A stretch of DNA of 64,000 nt, taken from positions 12,805 to 76,804 of the forward strand of contig CAYULB010000001.1 in NCBI GenBank assembly GCA_964445575.1, given 5' to 3'. A program made the position numbers and the translations under genes. This DNA comes from an uncultured Eubacteriales bacterium (GTDB taxonomy: Bacteria > Acidobacteriota > Aminicenantia > Aminicenantales > Aminicenantaceae). Below, one piece after another: positions 37,668 through 47,473 of this stretch; position 1 is the stretch's first letter; each line of letters starts with the position of its first letter. The notes below the pieces were generated by a model that was given only the letters and a program-made list of their open reading frames with translations, did no database searches and was not told the origin of the DNA.

Positions 37668-39599
37668 TTAATTGCTCTCGCCCCCATATCTGGAAAAGAT
37701 TTCTGAATTGATTTGGGTGAAAAGGTCATAATTGGTTTTGACTTTGGCTTTTTCTCTCATTTTTAAATAGATGGATTGAAAAAGCCTGTTCCTTTTCATG
37801 CTTAAGAGTTCACTTCGGGCTTCATCCCTATTTTTTTCAAACTCTCCAGGAGTGACCTCTTTTCTCTCTAGAACTTGCAAAAGAACAGATCCTCCCTTTA
37901 CTTTTACTGGGTCACTGAGTTCTTCTATAGGCAGAGAGAAGGCAATCCTGTCTATTTCAGAATTTTCTCCAATAAGGCTCAGATACTGTTCTCTTTTATG
38001 ATTTTGAGCGGTTTTGTATTCAAAGTCATTATTCTCTGCAATATCCTCGAGACTTGAATCAGGGAATTCGTTTTTTATTTGAGCTGCTCTTTGCAAAGCC
38101 TTTTGTTCTTTCAATTCATTTGTGTAATCAGTTATTACTTTTTGTTCGACTTCTTCAAAACGGGCAGGTCTGGAAGGTTCTATCTTTATGAGCTGTGATA
38201 TCCCGACGCCCTGGTATGTGTTGAGACGGGAAGAAATTTCATTCTCATCCATATTGAAAAGCATTTGGCTTAAAGAACCTGACGGGTCAATAGGGTCTAA
38301 TCCTTCGCCTAATTCAAGAAGGCCTGTATTTTTTACTTTATAACCAAGTTTTTGGGCTGCGATCTCAAGACTCTGTTCTTTTTGTGCTAATTTTTCCAAT
38401 TGAGCGATTTTGGAAGAGGCCATTTCTTCCTCCTTTTGGTCCTTTAGCAGGGTTTCTATTCGTGTTATTACTTTTTCTAGGGGAAGCTGAACAGAGGGAA
38501 TGACTTCAGTGGCTTTTATGATGGCCACTCCATTTTTGAGTTCCATTGGTTCAAATACTTGATTTTCATCCAATTCTTGAATGATTTCCTGCTCTTGAGG
38601 GGAAAGTTGTCTCCATTCAAAATATCCCCAGTCACCGTTATTTTCAGCCTGTTCATCTTTTGAATACTTCCTGGCCAGAGCTCCAAATTCTTCTCCTTTT
38701 TCTAATTTTTCCATAATTTCATTTGATTGAGCGAGAATATCAGCTTTATTATTGTCTTCAAAGGGCAAAAATATTCGTTGAATCCTTCTTTTTTCTGGCT
38801 CTTCAAAATGACTTTTATTGTTTTCATAATACTTTTTTATTTCTGAATCATTGATTTCTATTTGGTCTTTCACGTCCTCTTTACTTAGGAAAACGTATTG
38901 GGCGATTCTTTTTTCAGGTATTTTGTAGTTATCTTTATTTTCACTAAAAAATTGTTTTAAATCCTCTTTGGAAGGCTTCTGGTTTATTTCCATTTTGTCA
39001 GAGGATATAAAAACATACTCCAGTTCTGCAGACTCATTGCTGTTTTTAAAGTGTTCCCATACTTCCTCTTCTGTTACCGAGGCTCCTGCTGTTAAAATCT
39101 GGATGGTTTTTTGGATCATGATATCCTTAGACAAACTTTCTTCAAAGTCATTGACTGTGGTCCGATTCCATTCAAGTATGTTCTTGTATTGATCGAATCC
39201 CACAAATTTTCCCTCTTTTTGAAAAACCGGAAAGCTGAGTACTTTTTCTCTAATTTCTGAATCCGCAGCCTTGACACCCAGGCGTTTAGCTGCTCGAAGA
39301 AGGAGTTCCTGTCTTATGACCTCTTCTAAGGTCTGTTGGGGGATGTTCAACTGCTGGATGAGATTGGAGTCCAGGTCTTTGAACTGCTGCTGGAGAGATT
39401 CAATATTCAAGCGAAGACTGTTTATGTAAGTGTCTGCGGAGATTTTTTCCTTACCTACGTACGCGATGACGTTTTGATTCTTTGATCCTCCTGTTCCTCC
39501 TCCAACGTCCCAAAAAAAGATAGAAATAACAAAAGCAACGATAACCAACCACAGAGCTGGGGCAAGCGATTTCAAGTTCTTACGCATTGATTTAAGCAT
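37668..39599 (-). CDS. ppiD: Periplasmic chaperone / peptidyl-prolyl isomerase, PpiD-like (SurA-N plus parvulin)
   Basis: N-terminal TM anchor, SurA_N-like region, parvulin-like segment (FGALARKYSKDEQAENNGDWGYF). 643 aa, as in PpiD. Confidence 0.75.
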   Translation of the reverse strand: MLKSMRKNLKSLAPALWLVIVAFVISIFFWDVGGGTGGSKNQNVIAYVGKEKISADTYINSLRLNIESLQQQFKDLDSNLIQQLNIPQQTLEEVIRQELLLRAAKRLGVKAADSEIREKVLSFPVFQKEGKFVGFDQYKNILEWNRTTVNDFEESLSKDIMIQKTIQILTAGASVTEEEVWEHFKNSNESAELEYVFISSDKMEINQKPSKEDLKQFFSENKDNYKIPEKRIAQYVFLSKEDVKDQIEINDSEIKKYYENNKSHFEEPEKRRIQRIFLPFEDNNKADILAQSNEIMEKLEKGEEFGALARKYSKDEQAENNGDWGYFEWRQLSPQEQEIIQELDENQVFEPMELKNGVAIIKATEVIPSVQLPLEKVITRIETLLKDQKEEEMASSKIAQLEKLAQKEQSLEIAAQKLGYKVKNTGLLELGEGLDPIDPSGSLSQMLFNMDENEISSRLNTYQGVGISQLIKIEPSRPARFEEVEQKVITDYTNELKEQKALQRAAQIKNEFPDSSLEDIAENNDFEYKTAQNHKREQYLSLIGENSEIDRIAFSLPIEELSDPVKVKGGSVLLQVLERKEVTPGEFEKNRDEARSELLSMKRNRLFQSIYLKMREKAKVKTNYDLFTQINSEIFSRYGGESN

Positions 39600-39706
39600 T
39601 TTTCACCTCAGTTTTGTCTTTTCCAATCCATGGATTCAAAATTGTCCTTTTATCTTATGATAACAGATTAAGAAAAAGGTTTAAATAGGGTCTTTAATAC
39701 ACATGA

Positions 39707-40846
39707 TTATTTAAGAAGATGCCTTGAAATGATAATTCTTTGGATTTCTGAAGTTCCTTCATATATGGATAGAACTCTGGCATCTCTATAGAGCTGTTCG
39801 ATAAAAAATTCTTTGGAATACCCGTAGCCTCCGTGTATTTGAAGAGCCTCGTAGGCTATTTTATTGGCTGCTTCTGAAGCAAAAAGTTTTGCCATGGATG
39901 ATTGTTTAGAAAATGGTTCCCCCCTATCTGACAAGTCAGCTGCTCTGTACGTCAGAAGTCGGGCTGCGTCCAGTAGAGTCGCCATATCAGCGATTTTGAA
40001 TTGAATGGCCTGGAAAGAAGAAATGTTTTGTTCAAAAGCTTTTCTCTGATTAGAATATTTCACAGCTTCTTCAAGACATCTTCTTGCCAGACCGTTTGAT
40101 TGGGCAGCAATTCCTATCCGTGAATACTCCAGGCCGTGAAAAGCAATTTTTACTCCTTGGCCTTCGCTGCCGAGAAGGTTACTGGATGGGATGACGCAGT
40201 CCTCTAGACTTATCTCTGCGGTGAGAGAAGAGTTGAGTCCCATTTTATCTTCAATCTTTGAAATTTTGAGTCCAGGAGAATCTTTGTCAACAATAAAAGC
40301 ACTCATGGTGCTTTTATCAGATGAATTCTTTGGTTTTGCAAACAGGATATAGGCATCTGCATTTTTTCCACTGGTAACCCATGACTTTATTCCGTTGACT
40401 ATAAACTGGTCTCCCTTTTTTACATAAGTTGTCTTTAACGCGGTGGCATCTGACCCAGCCTCTGGTTCGCTCAGGCTGAAAGCACCCAATATCTCTGTTT
40501 TAGCGGCTGGGGGAAGATATCTCTTCTTTTGTTCTTCGGTTCCAAAATGAGACAGAGAATAGCAAAATAATGATGAGTGGACTGAAAAAATCACTGCCAG
40601 AGAAGGCAGTGCCCGGCTTATCTCTTCGATAACGAGGACAATTGACAAAGTGTCAGCCTCAGTCCCTCCGAATTTCTGAGGAATGGACATCCCCATAATG
40701 CCTAGTTCAGACATTTTTTTTATCAATTCCAGGGGAAATTTATGTTTTTGTTCCAGTTCTTGGGCTACAGGCATGATTTCGTTTTCTGCAAAATGGAGTA
40801 CCATTTCCTTAAGCATTCTTTGTTCTTCATTCAGTTTAAAGTCCAT
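39707..40846 (-). CDS. Acyl-CoA dehydrogenase (short/medium-chain type)
   Basis: GAFSLSEPEAGSD, WVTSG, QIHGGYGY and IYEGTSEIQR are classical ACAD motifs. Confidence 0.9.
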   Translation of the reverse strand: MDFKLNEEQRMLKEMVLHFAENEIMPVAQELEQKHKFPLELIKKMSELGIMGMSIPQKFGGTEADTLSIVLVIEEISRALPSLAVIFSVHSSLFCYSLSHFGTEEQKKRYLPPAAKTEILGAFSLSEPEAGSDATALKTTYVKKGDQFIVNGIKSWVTSGKNADAYILFAKPKNSSDKSTMSAFIVDKDSPGLKISKIEDKMGLNSSLTAEISLEDCVIPSSNLLGSEGQGVKIAFHGLEYSRIGIAAQSNGLARRCLEEAVKYSNQRKAFEQNISSFQAIQFKIADMATLLDAARLLTYRAADLSDRGEPFSKQSSMAKLFASEAANKIAYEALQIHGGYGYSKEFFIEQLYRDARVLSIYEGTSEIQRIIISRHLLK

Positions 40847-40863
40847 CCCAGCTCCTCTGTTTT

Positions 40864-41355
40864 TTAAAAGTTCAAATCCTTAAAATACTGAGACAATTTA
40901 TCATAAGATTTATGGATGCTTTCAATGGTTAATTTTGTTTTCCCTATTATGGGCATAAAGTTGGAGTCGCCAATCCACCTCGGTATGACATGCATATGAT
41001 AATGAAAGGCCACTCCTGCTCCTGCGCTGTGACCAATATTCATTCCTGTATTGAATCCATGAGGGAGATAAACTTTACGAAGGATTTCTATGGATTTTTT
41101 TAAAATATCCGCCAGTTCATCAGAAGATTTTTTTCCTGACTTTTCAATTGAATCCAGATGTTTATAAGGAGCGATCATAAGATGTCCCGGAGAATATGGA
41201 TACTTATTGAGAATGATGAAATTGTATTTTCCCCTGTAAAGAATGAAATCTTTTTTGTCGTTCTGTCTTTTTGAGGCCTCACAAAAGAAACATTCTTTCA
41301 TTTTATGGGCATTTTTAACGTAATCTTCTCTCCATGGAACGGTCATGTATTCCAT
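40864..41355 (-). CDS. HIT family protein (nucleotide hydrolase/transferase)
   Basis: Histidine triad HYHMHVIPR and an N-terminal CFFC zinc-type motif. Confidence 0.8.
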   Translation of the reverse strand: MEYMTVPWREDYVKNAHKMKECFFCEASKRQNDKKDFILYRGKYNFIILNKYPYSPGHLMIAPYKHLDSIEKSGKKSSDELADILKKSIEILRKVYLPHGFNTGMNIGHSAGAGVAFHYHMHVIPRWIGDSNFMPIIGKTKLTIESIHKSYDKLSQYFKDLNF

Positions 41356-41358
41356 TGT

Positions 41359-41634
41359 TTATTTATTGATCATCTGTCTTAGGATTTTGCTTGGTTTGAA
41401 ATAGATCACTTTTTTAGCTGGGACCTTAACCGGTTTACCGGTTCTCGGGTTTCTCCCGGACCTTGAGCTGCGGTTTCTTATCCGAAAGCTCCCGAAGCCC
41501 CTCAGCTCGATTTCTTCACCATTTTTTATGGCTTCTTTTATGGTATCGAAAAAAATATTTACCCCTTTTTCTGCCTCTTGTTTGGTTATATTCATATCTT
41601 TTGATAATTTTTTGATTAAATCAGCTTTAATCAT
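41359..41634 (-). CDS. HU/IHF family DNA-binding protein (IHF-beta-like position downstream of rpsA)
   Basis: GFGSFRIRNRSSRSGRNPRTGKPVKVPAKKVIYFKPSK arm motif. The rpsA-ihfB adjacency is as in E. coli. Confidence 0.9.
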   Translation of the reverse strand: MIKADLIKKLSKDMNITKQEAEKGVNIFFDTIKEAIKNGEEIELRGFGSFRIRNRSSRSGRNPRTGKPVKVPAKKVIYFKPSKILRQMINK

Positions 41635-43373
41635 TATTTATTCTCCTTTTCTTTTTTTGATTTGCTGTTGGGGGCTTCTATATTTTTGAGCTGGTCTTTC
41701 ATAATATCACCGAGAGTATGCTTTGTGTCTTGACTCTTCATGTATTTCTTATACTCCATTTTTTGCATTTCAAGTTGAGCTTTTTTAAGGCTTAAGGATA
41801 TTTTTTTATCTTTTTTGTTCATCTTTAATATTTTGGCGGGTTTTTCCTCCCCTACTGAGAATTCGGCTGAGGGGTCTTCGATCTTTTTATCACTTAACTC
41901 AGATAAAAACACGACTCCTTCAATACCAGGCATAATTTCAACAAACACCCCGAAATCAACAATACGTACTATTTTTACATTGACTATATCTCCTGTTTTT
42001 TGGCGTTTAAAGAAATCTTCCCATATGTCTCCCTCCAACTGTTTAATGCCGAGGGATAATTTTTCCTTTTCTACATCTATATTGAGAATGACGGCTTCAA
42101 CTTCATCCCCTGCTTTTAGTATTTCTGAAGGATGGTTTATTTTTTTCCAGCTTATTTCAGATATATGAATGAGTCCCTCCACTCCTTTTTCAACCTCCAT
42201 AAAGGCTCCAAAAGAAGTGATGTTTGTGATTTTTCCCTTTACTTTCTTCCCAGCCCCATATTTGTTTTTTAAAGTTTCTAAAGGATGAGGCTCAATCTGC
42301 TTAAGGCCAAGTGATATTCGTTTTTCTTTAGGGTTAATATCAAGTATGCTGACAGTGACTTCTTCACCAGGAGAAAGAATTTTTTTGGGGTGCACTGTTT
42401 TTCGAGACCAAGTCAGATCTGAGACATGGATGAGTCCCTCTACTCCTTTTTCTAACTCCACAAAAGCACCGAAATCAGTAAGATTGACCACTTTCCCTGT
42501 GACTTTTTGTCCTTCCCGGTATTTTTGTTCAATGTCTTCCCAAGGGTCTTTGGTAAGCTGTTTGTAACCTAAAGAGATTTTTTCTTCTTTTTCATCAAAA
42601 TCAAGGATGACCACCTCAATTTTCTGGCCGATTTGGAATATTTCGGAAGGATGATTCACTTTTCCCCATGACATATCTGAAATATGCAGAAGTCCTTCGA
42701 TTCCTCCTAAATCAACAAAAGCACCAAAATTGGTTAGTGTTTTCACTTCTCCCATAAAAGTTTTTCCTTTTTTTAGCTGAGAAAAAACCTGCTTTTTCTT
42801 TTTTTCTTTTTTGTCAACAAGATATAATTTTCGAGATAAAACCGCATTTTCGCTTCTGCGGTCGAATTTGATGACTTTGAATTTGAACCGATTCTCCATT
42901 ATTTGGTTGGGGTCTTTTATGGGTATGACATCTACATGAGAATCGGGAAGAAAAGTTTTTATTCCCACATCAACCAGATACCCTTTGTTAACTCTTTCTA
43001 CTACTTTCCCAATTATCCAGTTATTGTATTTATAGGCCTTCTCTAAATTATCAAGTGCTTGTAGGGCAATGGCTTTGCTTTTGGACAGAGGAAGATAGCC
43101 GTCCTTAGGAGTAACTTTTTCAAGAATGGCTTCAATTTCATCACCGGGAGTGATCTTTTTCATATTTTCTGGGTCGCTGAAATCTTCAACTGGAATAATG
43201 CCTTCTGATTTTGAGCCAATATCGACCAGTACAAACGAGGAGGTAACCTTGAGGACCTTTCCTTTGACCAGTTTTCCCGGAGTTAATTCAGCAGCTTTAA
43301 ATTTATATTTTTCAAGCAGCTCTTCATAATCTTTTGTTGAGATTCTGTTGTTATTTTTTGTTACCTCTGACAT
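41634..43373 (-). CDS. rpsA: 30S ribosomal protein S1 (six S1 domains)
   Basis: Repeated G.V..V..FGAFV.L..G.EGL.H.SE S1 modules. Confidence 0.95.
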   Translation of the reverse strand: MSEVTKNNNRISTKDYEELLEKYKFKAAELTPGKLVKGKVLKVTSSFVLVDIGSKSEGIIPVEDFSDPENMKKITPGDEIEAILEKVTPKDGYLPLSKSKAIALQALDNLEKAYKYNNWIIGKVVERVNKGYLVDVGIKTFLPDSHVDVIPIKDPNQIMENRFKFKVIKFDRRSENAVLSRKLYLVDKKEKKKKQVFSQLKKGKTFMGEVKTLTNFGAFVDLGGIEGLLHISDMSWGKVNHPSEIFQIGQKIEVVILDFDEKEEKISLGYKQLTKDPWEDIEQKYREGQKVTGKVVNLTDFGAFVELEKGVEGLIHVSDLTWSRKTVHPKKILSPGEEVTVSILDINPKEKRISLGLKQIEPHPLETLKNKYGAGKKVKGKITNITSFGAFMEVEKGVEGLIHISEISWKKINHPSEILKAGDEVEAVILNIDVEKEKLSLGIKQLEGDIWEDFFKRQKTGDIVNVKIVRIVDFGVFVEIMPGIEGVVFLSELSDKKIEDPSAEFSVGEEKPAKILKMNKKDKKISLSLKKAQLEMQKMEYKKYMKSQDTKHTLGDIMKDQLKNIEAPNSKSKKEKENK

Positions 43374-44239
43374 TGGATTGATCTCTCCCTGTGATATTGT
43401 TGTTTGAAATAAGACTTAATTTTGCTTGCTACGTCTTGGATGACTTCAGGTGGGGTGGAAGCACCCCCTGAAAGGCCAATTTTATCAGCTCCTTTTATCA
43501 TCTTTGGATCGATCTGGTTGGAATTTTCAATAAAATAAGTGTTTTTTTGTGATGTTTTCGAAATTTGATAGAGCTTGTTGGTATTGGAGGAGTTTTTCCC
43601 GCCAATTATAAACAGGACATCCACCTGAGATGCCAGCTTTAGAGTTGCATCCTGCCGGACCTGGGTTGATTTGCATATGGTATTGTGGATGTTCAGCTCT
43701 TCGCTTGATTGCATGAGCCTTCCAGCTACTTCCTTAAAGGTATTGAAATCTTGGGTTGATTGACTGAGAACAGCTCTTTTTTCCTTTTTAGGGAGCTTAC
43801 TGGCTTCAGTTTCGTTCTCAATGATGATGCCCTTACCTAAGCTGTGTCCTTTCAGTCCTATGGTTTCAGGATGCTTCCGGTTTCCCACTATAATGATTTC
43901 ATCCTCTTTTTTAGCTAATTTGGATACAAGTTTTTGTATGTTTTTGACGATGGGGCAGGTTGCATCAACTATTTCAATGTTTTTTTGTTTAAGCAGGGCA
44001 TATGTTTCTGGAGAAGCCCCATGGCTTCGGATGATAAGGGTCCCTTCTTTGATTTCATCAGGATTGTTTATAGGAAGTATTCCTCTTTTTCTTAAATCAG
44101 AAATAACCTGAGGGTTGTGTATCAAATCTCCCAGTGTATAGACTTTTCCTGATTTGAGTTGGCGTGTTTTTTTGGCTATTTGAAGCGCACGCTTGACTCC
44201 GTAACACAAACCTGAATTTTTTGCTATTTTAACTTCCAT
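43361..44239 (-). CDS. ispH: 4-hydroxy-3-methylbut-2-enyl diphosphate reductase
   Basis: GLCYGVKRA, LGDLIHN, ATCPIV, GGKNSSNT motifs. Overlaps rpsA by 13 nt. Confidence 0.9.
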   Translation of the reverse strand: MEVKIAKNSGLCYGVKRALQIAKKTRQLKSGKVYTLGDLIHNPQVISDLRKRGILPINNPDEIKEGTLIIRSHGASPETYALLKQKNIEIVDATCPIVKNIQKLVSKLAKKEDEIIIVGNRKHPETIGLKGHSLGKGIIIENETEASKLPKKEKRAVLSQSTQDFNTFKEVAGRLMQSSEELNIHNTICKSTQVRQDATLKLASQVDVLFIIGGKNSSNTNKLYQISKTSQKNTYFIENSNQIDPKMIKGADKIGLSGGASTPPEVIQDVASKIKSYFKQQYHRERSIQCQR

Positions 44240-44262
44240 TTTGACCCTCTAGTGAGTGGGTT

Positions 44263-44291
44263 ATACTATATGAGAAAGATGTTTTTGTCAA
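44263..44291 (-). promoter_or_regulatory. Sigma70-like promoter candidate for ispH-rpsA (TTGACA-17-TAGTAT)
   Basis: On the minus strand, TTGACA is the reverse complement of 44286-44291 and TAGTAT that of 44263-44268. A leader with an AGAGGG Shine-Dalgarno precedes the ispH ATG. Confidence 0.4.
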
Positions 44292-44400
44292 TGCTAAATA
44301 GTGGTTAAGTATTGACTTAAGCGGGACTCATCCGGCTTTTGCATAAAATATTTAGTGTTTTAGCTATCCTTGATGGGTCGCTAAATCAAAATAGTCACCT

Positions 44401-44946
44401 TCAGTTTTCTTCTGACTTTTCCTCTAATATTTTTTCAATTTCTTGTTTGCTGGGAAGTTCATCAATACTGTCGAGTCCAAAATAGGTTAGGAAATTTTTT
44501 GAGGTTCTGTATATCAATGGTTTCCCCGGGCTCTTTTTTCTTCCTACGATTTTAATAAGTTTCTTTTCAAGGAGAGTTTTCAAACAGTGTGCGGCATCGA
44601 CTCCTCGTATTGCTGATATTTCAGCTAGAGTAATAGGCTGGTGATAGGCAATTGCGGATAGGGTTTCCAGCGATTCTCTGGAAAGCTTCTGCTTTTTTTC
44701 ATGTTTTAGGAGCCGCTTTATGTATTTGTCATATTCTTTGCTGGTTACCAAAAGGAAACCCCCAGAAGCCCTGATTATACCGATGCCTCTTTTGCTTTCA
44801 GAGTAATCTTTGAGGAGCCCTTCCAGTGCATTTTCGATTTCTTTATCAGTGAATTCTTTGAGTATGTCTTTGATTTTCTCTGGAGCAAGTGGTTCTATGG
44901 ATACAAAAATAAGAGCCTCAATAATATTTTTTAGGTTTTTTTTCAT
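44401..44946 (-). CDS. scpB: Segregation and condensation protein B
   Basis: IIEALIFVS..PL and YHQPITLAEISAIRGV winged-helix motifs. Confidence 0.9.
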   Translation of the reverse strand: MKKNLKNIIEALIFVSIEPLAPEKIKDILKEFTDKEIENALEGLLKDYSESKRGIGIIRASGGFLLVTSKEYDKYIKRLLKHEKKQKLSRESLETLSAIAYHQPITLAEISAIRGVDAAHCLKTLLEKKLIKIVGRKKSPGKPLIYRTSKNFLTYFGLDSIDELPSKQEIEKILEEKSEEN

Positions 44947-45668
44947 GAAATCACATCACTTCTTAGCCAAACTTTTATATTCTGAAACAGCCTTTCTTGG
45001 ACTGCGATAACAATTCTTTCGCCGATGAGCTCCAATAGACAAAAAAAAGACACCATGGATTCTTCAATGGTTCCTTGTCCGCTGAAGTATTCTAAAAAAT
45101 CAAGGTAAGAGTGCTCTTTTAAGTGATTGATGATATCCTGCTTTTTATCTTTAACTGAAACTTCTTTCCCTGTAATGACCTTTATATTGTCTTTTTGCTG
45201 CCTTTTCATAAGTTTAAAAAAGACTTCGGCCACATCAAAAAGCGAGACTTCCATAAAGTCAAGTTCTGGGAATGACACAGATTCCGGAAGGGAGCTTCTT
45301 TTCCATTTTTTTATCTGTTTTTCTTCTCTTTCTCTTAGGATTTTACAAGCTGCTTTTATATTCTTATAATCCAGCAGTCTGTCAACAAGAATCTGACGGG
45401 GATCTTCATCCTTGTCCAAAAAAATTTCTCGGGGCAGAAGCATCCGTGATTTAATATGTATGAGAAGTGCAGCCATAAGAAGGAATTCGGATTCTCTCTC
45501 CAGATTTATGTTTTTTTTATGATCCAGATATTGAAGATATTCTCTTGTTATGGAGGCAATGGGAATGTCATGAATGTCTATTTTCTTTTTTTTTATGAGA
45601 AAAAGGAGAAGGTCCAGAGGTCCTTGGAAGACCTCTAAATTGATTTGATAGCTCTGAGAATTCTCCAT
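44943..45668 (-). CDS. scpA: Segregation and condensation protein A
   Basis: FQGPLDLLLFLIKKKKIDIHDIPIASIT N-terminal motif. Confidence 0.9.
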   Translation of the reverse strand: MENSQSYQINLEVFQGPLDLLLFLIKKKKIDIHDIPIASITREYLQYLDHKKNINLERESEFLLMAALLIHIKSRMLLPREIFLDKDEDPRQILVDRLLDYKNIKAACKILREREEKQIKKWKRSSLPESVSFPELDFMEVSLFDVAEVFFKLMKRQQKDNIKVITGKEVSVKDKKQDIINHLKEHSYLDFLEYFSGQGTIEESMVSFFCLLELIGERIVIAVQERLFQNIKVWLRSDVIS

Positions 45669-45684
45669 ATTAGTTGTTTTCGAA

Positions 45685-46671
45685 TTAAAACCCGATTTTT
45701 TTTCTCACTTCTTGCATAGTGGATTGGGCTTTTTTTCTGGCTTTTTTATTGCCTTGTTCAAGTATTTCCCATACCAAGTCTGGTTTTTTTTCATAGATTT
45801 TTCTTTTTTGGCGGAAATGAGAAAGGTCTTGGATCAAGGTATCTATGATGACTTGTTTGCATTCCAGACATCCTATGTCGGCACTTCGGCATCCTTGAAT
45901 AATCTCATCCCTTTTTTGTTTTTCGACAAAGGCTTTGTGAAGAGTGAAAACAGGGCAGTCCTCAGGATTTCCAGGGTCGTTTCTTCTTTTTCTCCGCGTG
46001 TCTGTCATCATAGGAAATATTTTCTTTTGGATATCTTGAGGACTGTCTTTTAGATTTATTGAGTTATGAAAGGATTTGCTCATTTTACGTCCGTCAGTTC
46101 CAGCCAGTTTGGGGACCTCGGTGAGCATCATTTGCGGTTCTGGAAAGACCTTTCCAAATATACGATTGAAACGCCGGGTAATCTCTCTTGCCAGCTCCAG
46201 ATGATAGGTTTGGTCTTCTCCCACTGGCACTAAATTTGCTTTGTATATGAGAATGTCAGCCGTCTGTAAAACAGGATAGCCTAAAAATCCGTAGGTGTTC
46301 AATTCCTTTTCTTGAAGCTCTTTCTGCATCTCTTTAAAAGTGGGAACCCTTTGAACCCATGGAAGAGGGATGATCATAGAAAGAAGAAGATGTAGCTCTG
46401 CATGTTCTTTGACTTCAGATTGAATGAAAAGAGTGCTTTTATCAGGGTCCAATCCTACACTTAACCAGTCTGCAGCTACCTCAAAAGTATTTTTTTTGAT
46501 TTCTTTGGAGTTCTGATACTCAGAGCTGAGAGCGTGCCACGTGACGATAGAATAGTAACACTGATATTGTTCCTGTAATTTAAGCCAGTTGCGGAGAGCT
46601 CCTGCGAGATGACCCAGATGAAGAGGGCCGGTGGGTCTCATGCCGCTGAGAACGATTTTATCTTTTTTCAT
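45685..46671 (-). CDS. trpS: Tryptophan--tRNA ligase
   Basis: SGMRPTGPLHLGHL (HIGH) and KMSKS motifs. Confidence 0.95.
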   Translation of the reverse strand: MKKDKIVLSGMRPTGPLHLGHLAGALRNWLKLQEQYQCYYSIVTWHALSSEYQNSKEIKKNTFEVAADWLSVGLDPDKSTLFIQSEVKEHAELHLLLSMIIPLPWVQRVPTFKEMQKELQEKELNTYGFLGYPVLQTADILIYKANLVPVGEDQTYHLELAREITRRFNRIFGKVFPEPQMMLTEVPKLAGTDGRKMSKSFHNSINLKDSPQDIQKKIFPMMTDTRRKRRNDPGNPEDCPVFTLHKAFVEKQKRDEIIQGCRSADIGCLECKQVIIDTLIQDLSHFRQKRKIYEKKPDLVWEILEQGNKKARKKAQSTMQEVRKKIGF

Positions 46672-46675
46672 TTTT

Positions 46676-47353
46676 TTAGAGAATAATGGCGAAAATAATG
46701 ATCTGTATGGGCCGGATTATTAAGTCAAGCAGTCCCAGATATAATAAGCCCAGAATGATAATAAAACCAAAAGGCCGGATTTGTTCGTAGGTTCTGCTGG
46801 CTTCATCTGATAGAAAGCCAGTGACAATCCCACTCCCATCCAGAGGGGGAATGGGAATCAGATTAAATACCGCAAGAAGGACATTCAAGAAAACAGCATA
46901 AAATAAAATGACTGCCAGACCCTCTAAAGGATGGAAACCGTTTTGAATGCTTCCTCTGCCGGTTAAAAACGACCTTATGTAATAACTTGTCTTGGGATTG
47001 AGAGCTTTGAGAAAGACTATAGCGGTTAAGGAAAAAAAAGCCACCGCAAGATTGGCTGCCGGGCCTGCTGCGGATATCAGCATATTGTCCCGCTTGGGAT
47101 TTCTTAAATTTGCAGGATTGACAGGTACGGGTTTCGCCCAGCCAAAAGGAGGAGCGCCCATTATAATCAAAATGGCAGGCATGAGTACGGTGCCTATGGG
47201 ATCTATATGAGGAACTGGATTCAGAGTAATTCTCCCCATGATCTGTGCTGTAGGGTCTCCCATTTTGTACGCCACCCACCCATGAGCGGCTTCATGGATG
47301 GTGATGGCAAAAAGGATCACAAACAAGCTGATAATAATACTGAGAATAGTCAT
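46676..47353 (-). CDS. Site-2 protease family (M50) membrane metalloprotease
   Basis: HEAAHG (HExxH) in TM1 and PIPPLDGS in a later TM helix. Confidence 0.8.
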   Translation of the reverse strand: MTILSIIISLFVILFAITIHEAAHGWVAYKMGDPTAQIMGRITLNPVPHIDPIGTVLMPAILIIMGAPPFGWAKPVPVNPANLRNPKRDNMLISAAGPAANLAVAFFSLTAIVFLKALNPKTSYYIRSFLTGRGSIQNGFHPLEGLAVILFYAVFLNVLLAVFNLIPIPPLDGSGIVTGFLSDEASRTYEQIRPFGFIIILGLLYLGLLDLIIRPIQIIIFAIIL

Positions 47354-47408
47354 TGTTTTAGAGACAATTTATAGCACAACTGGGATATTCCGTAAAGCCC
47401 TTAAACAT

Positions 47409-47455
47409 AGATTATTCATAAAAAACGCCAGCAACCTAGGCTTATGAATCATTGA
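47409..47455 (-). repeat. Possible fragment of the TIR element 3' end, in inverted orientation, upstream of the M50 gene
   Basis: The reverse complement reads ..GGTTGCTGGCGTTTTTTATGAATAATCTATG. This resembles ..CATCGCCGTTTTTTTATGAACAATTCAG (copy 1) and ..TTGCCATTTTTTTTATGAATAGGTCAGG (copy 2). Confidence 0.3.
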
Positions 47456-47473
47456 GGACAATATATATATTTT

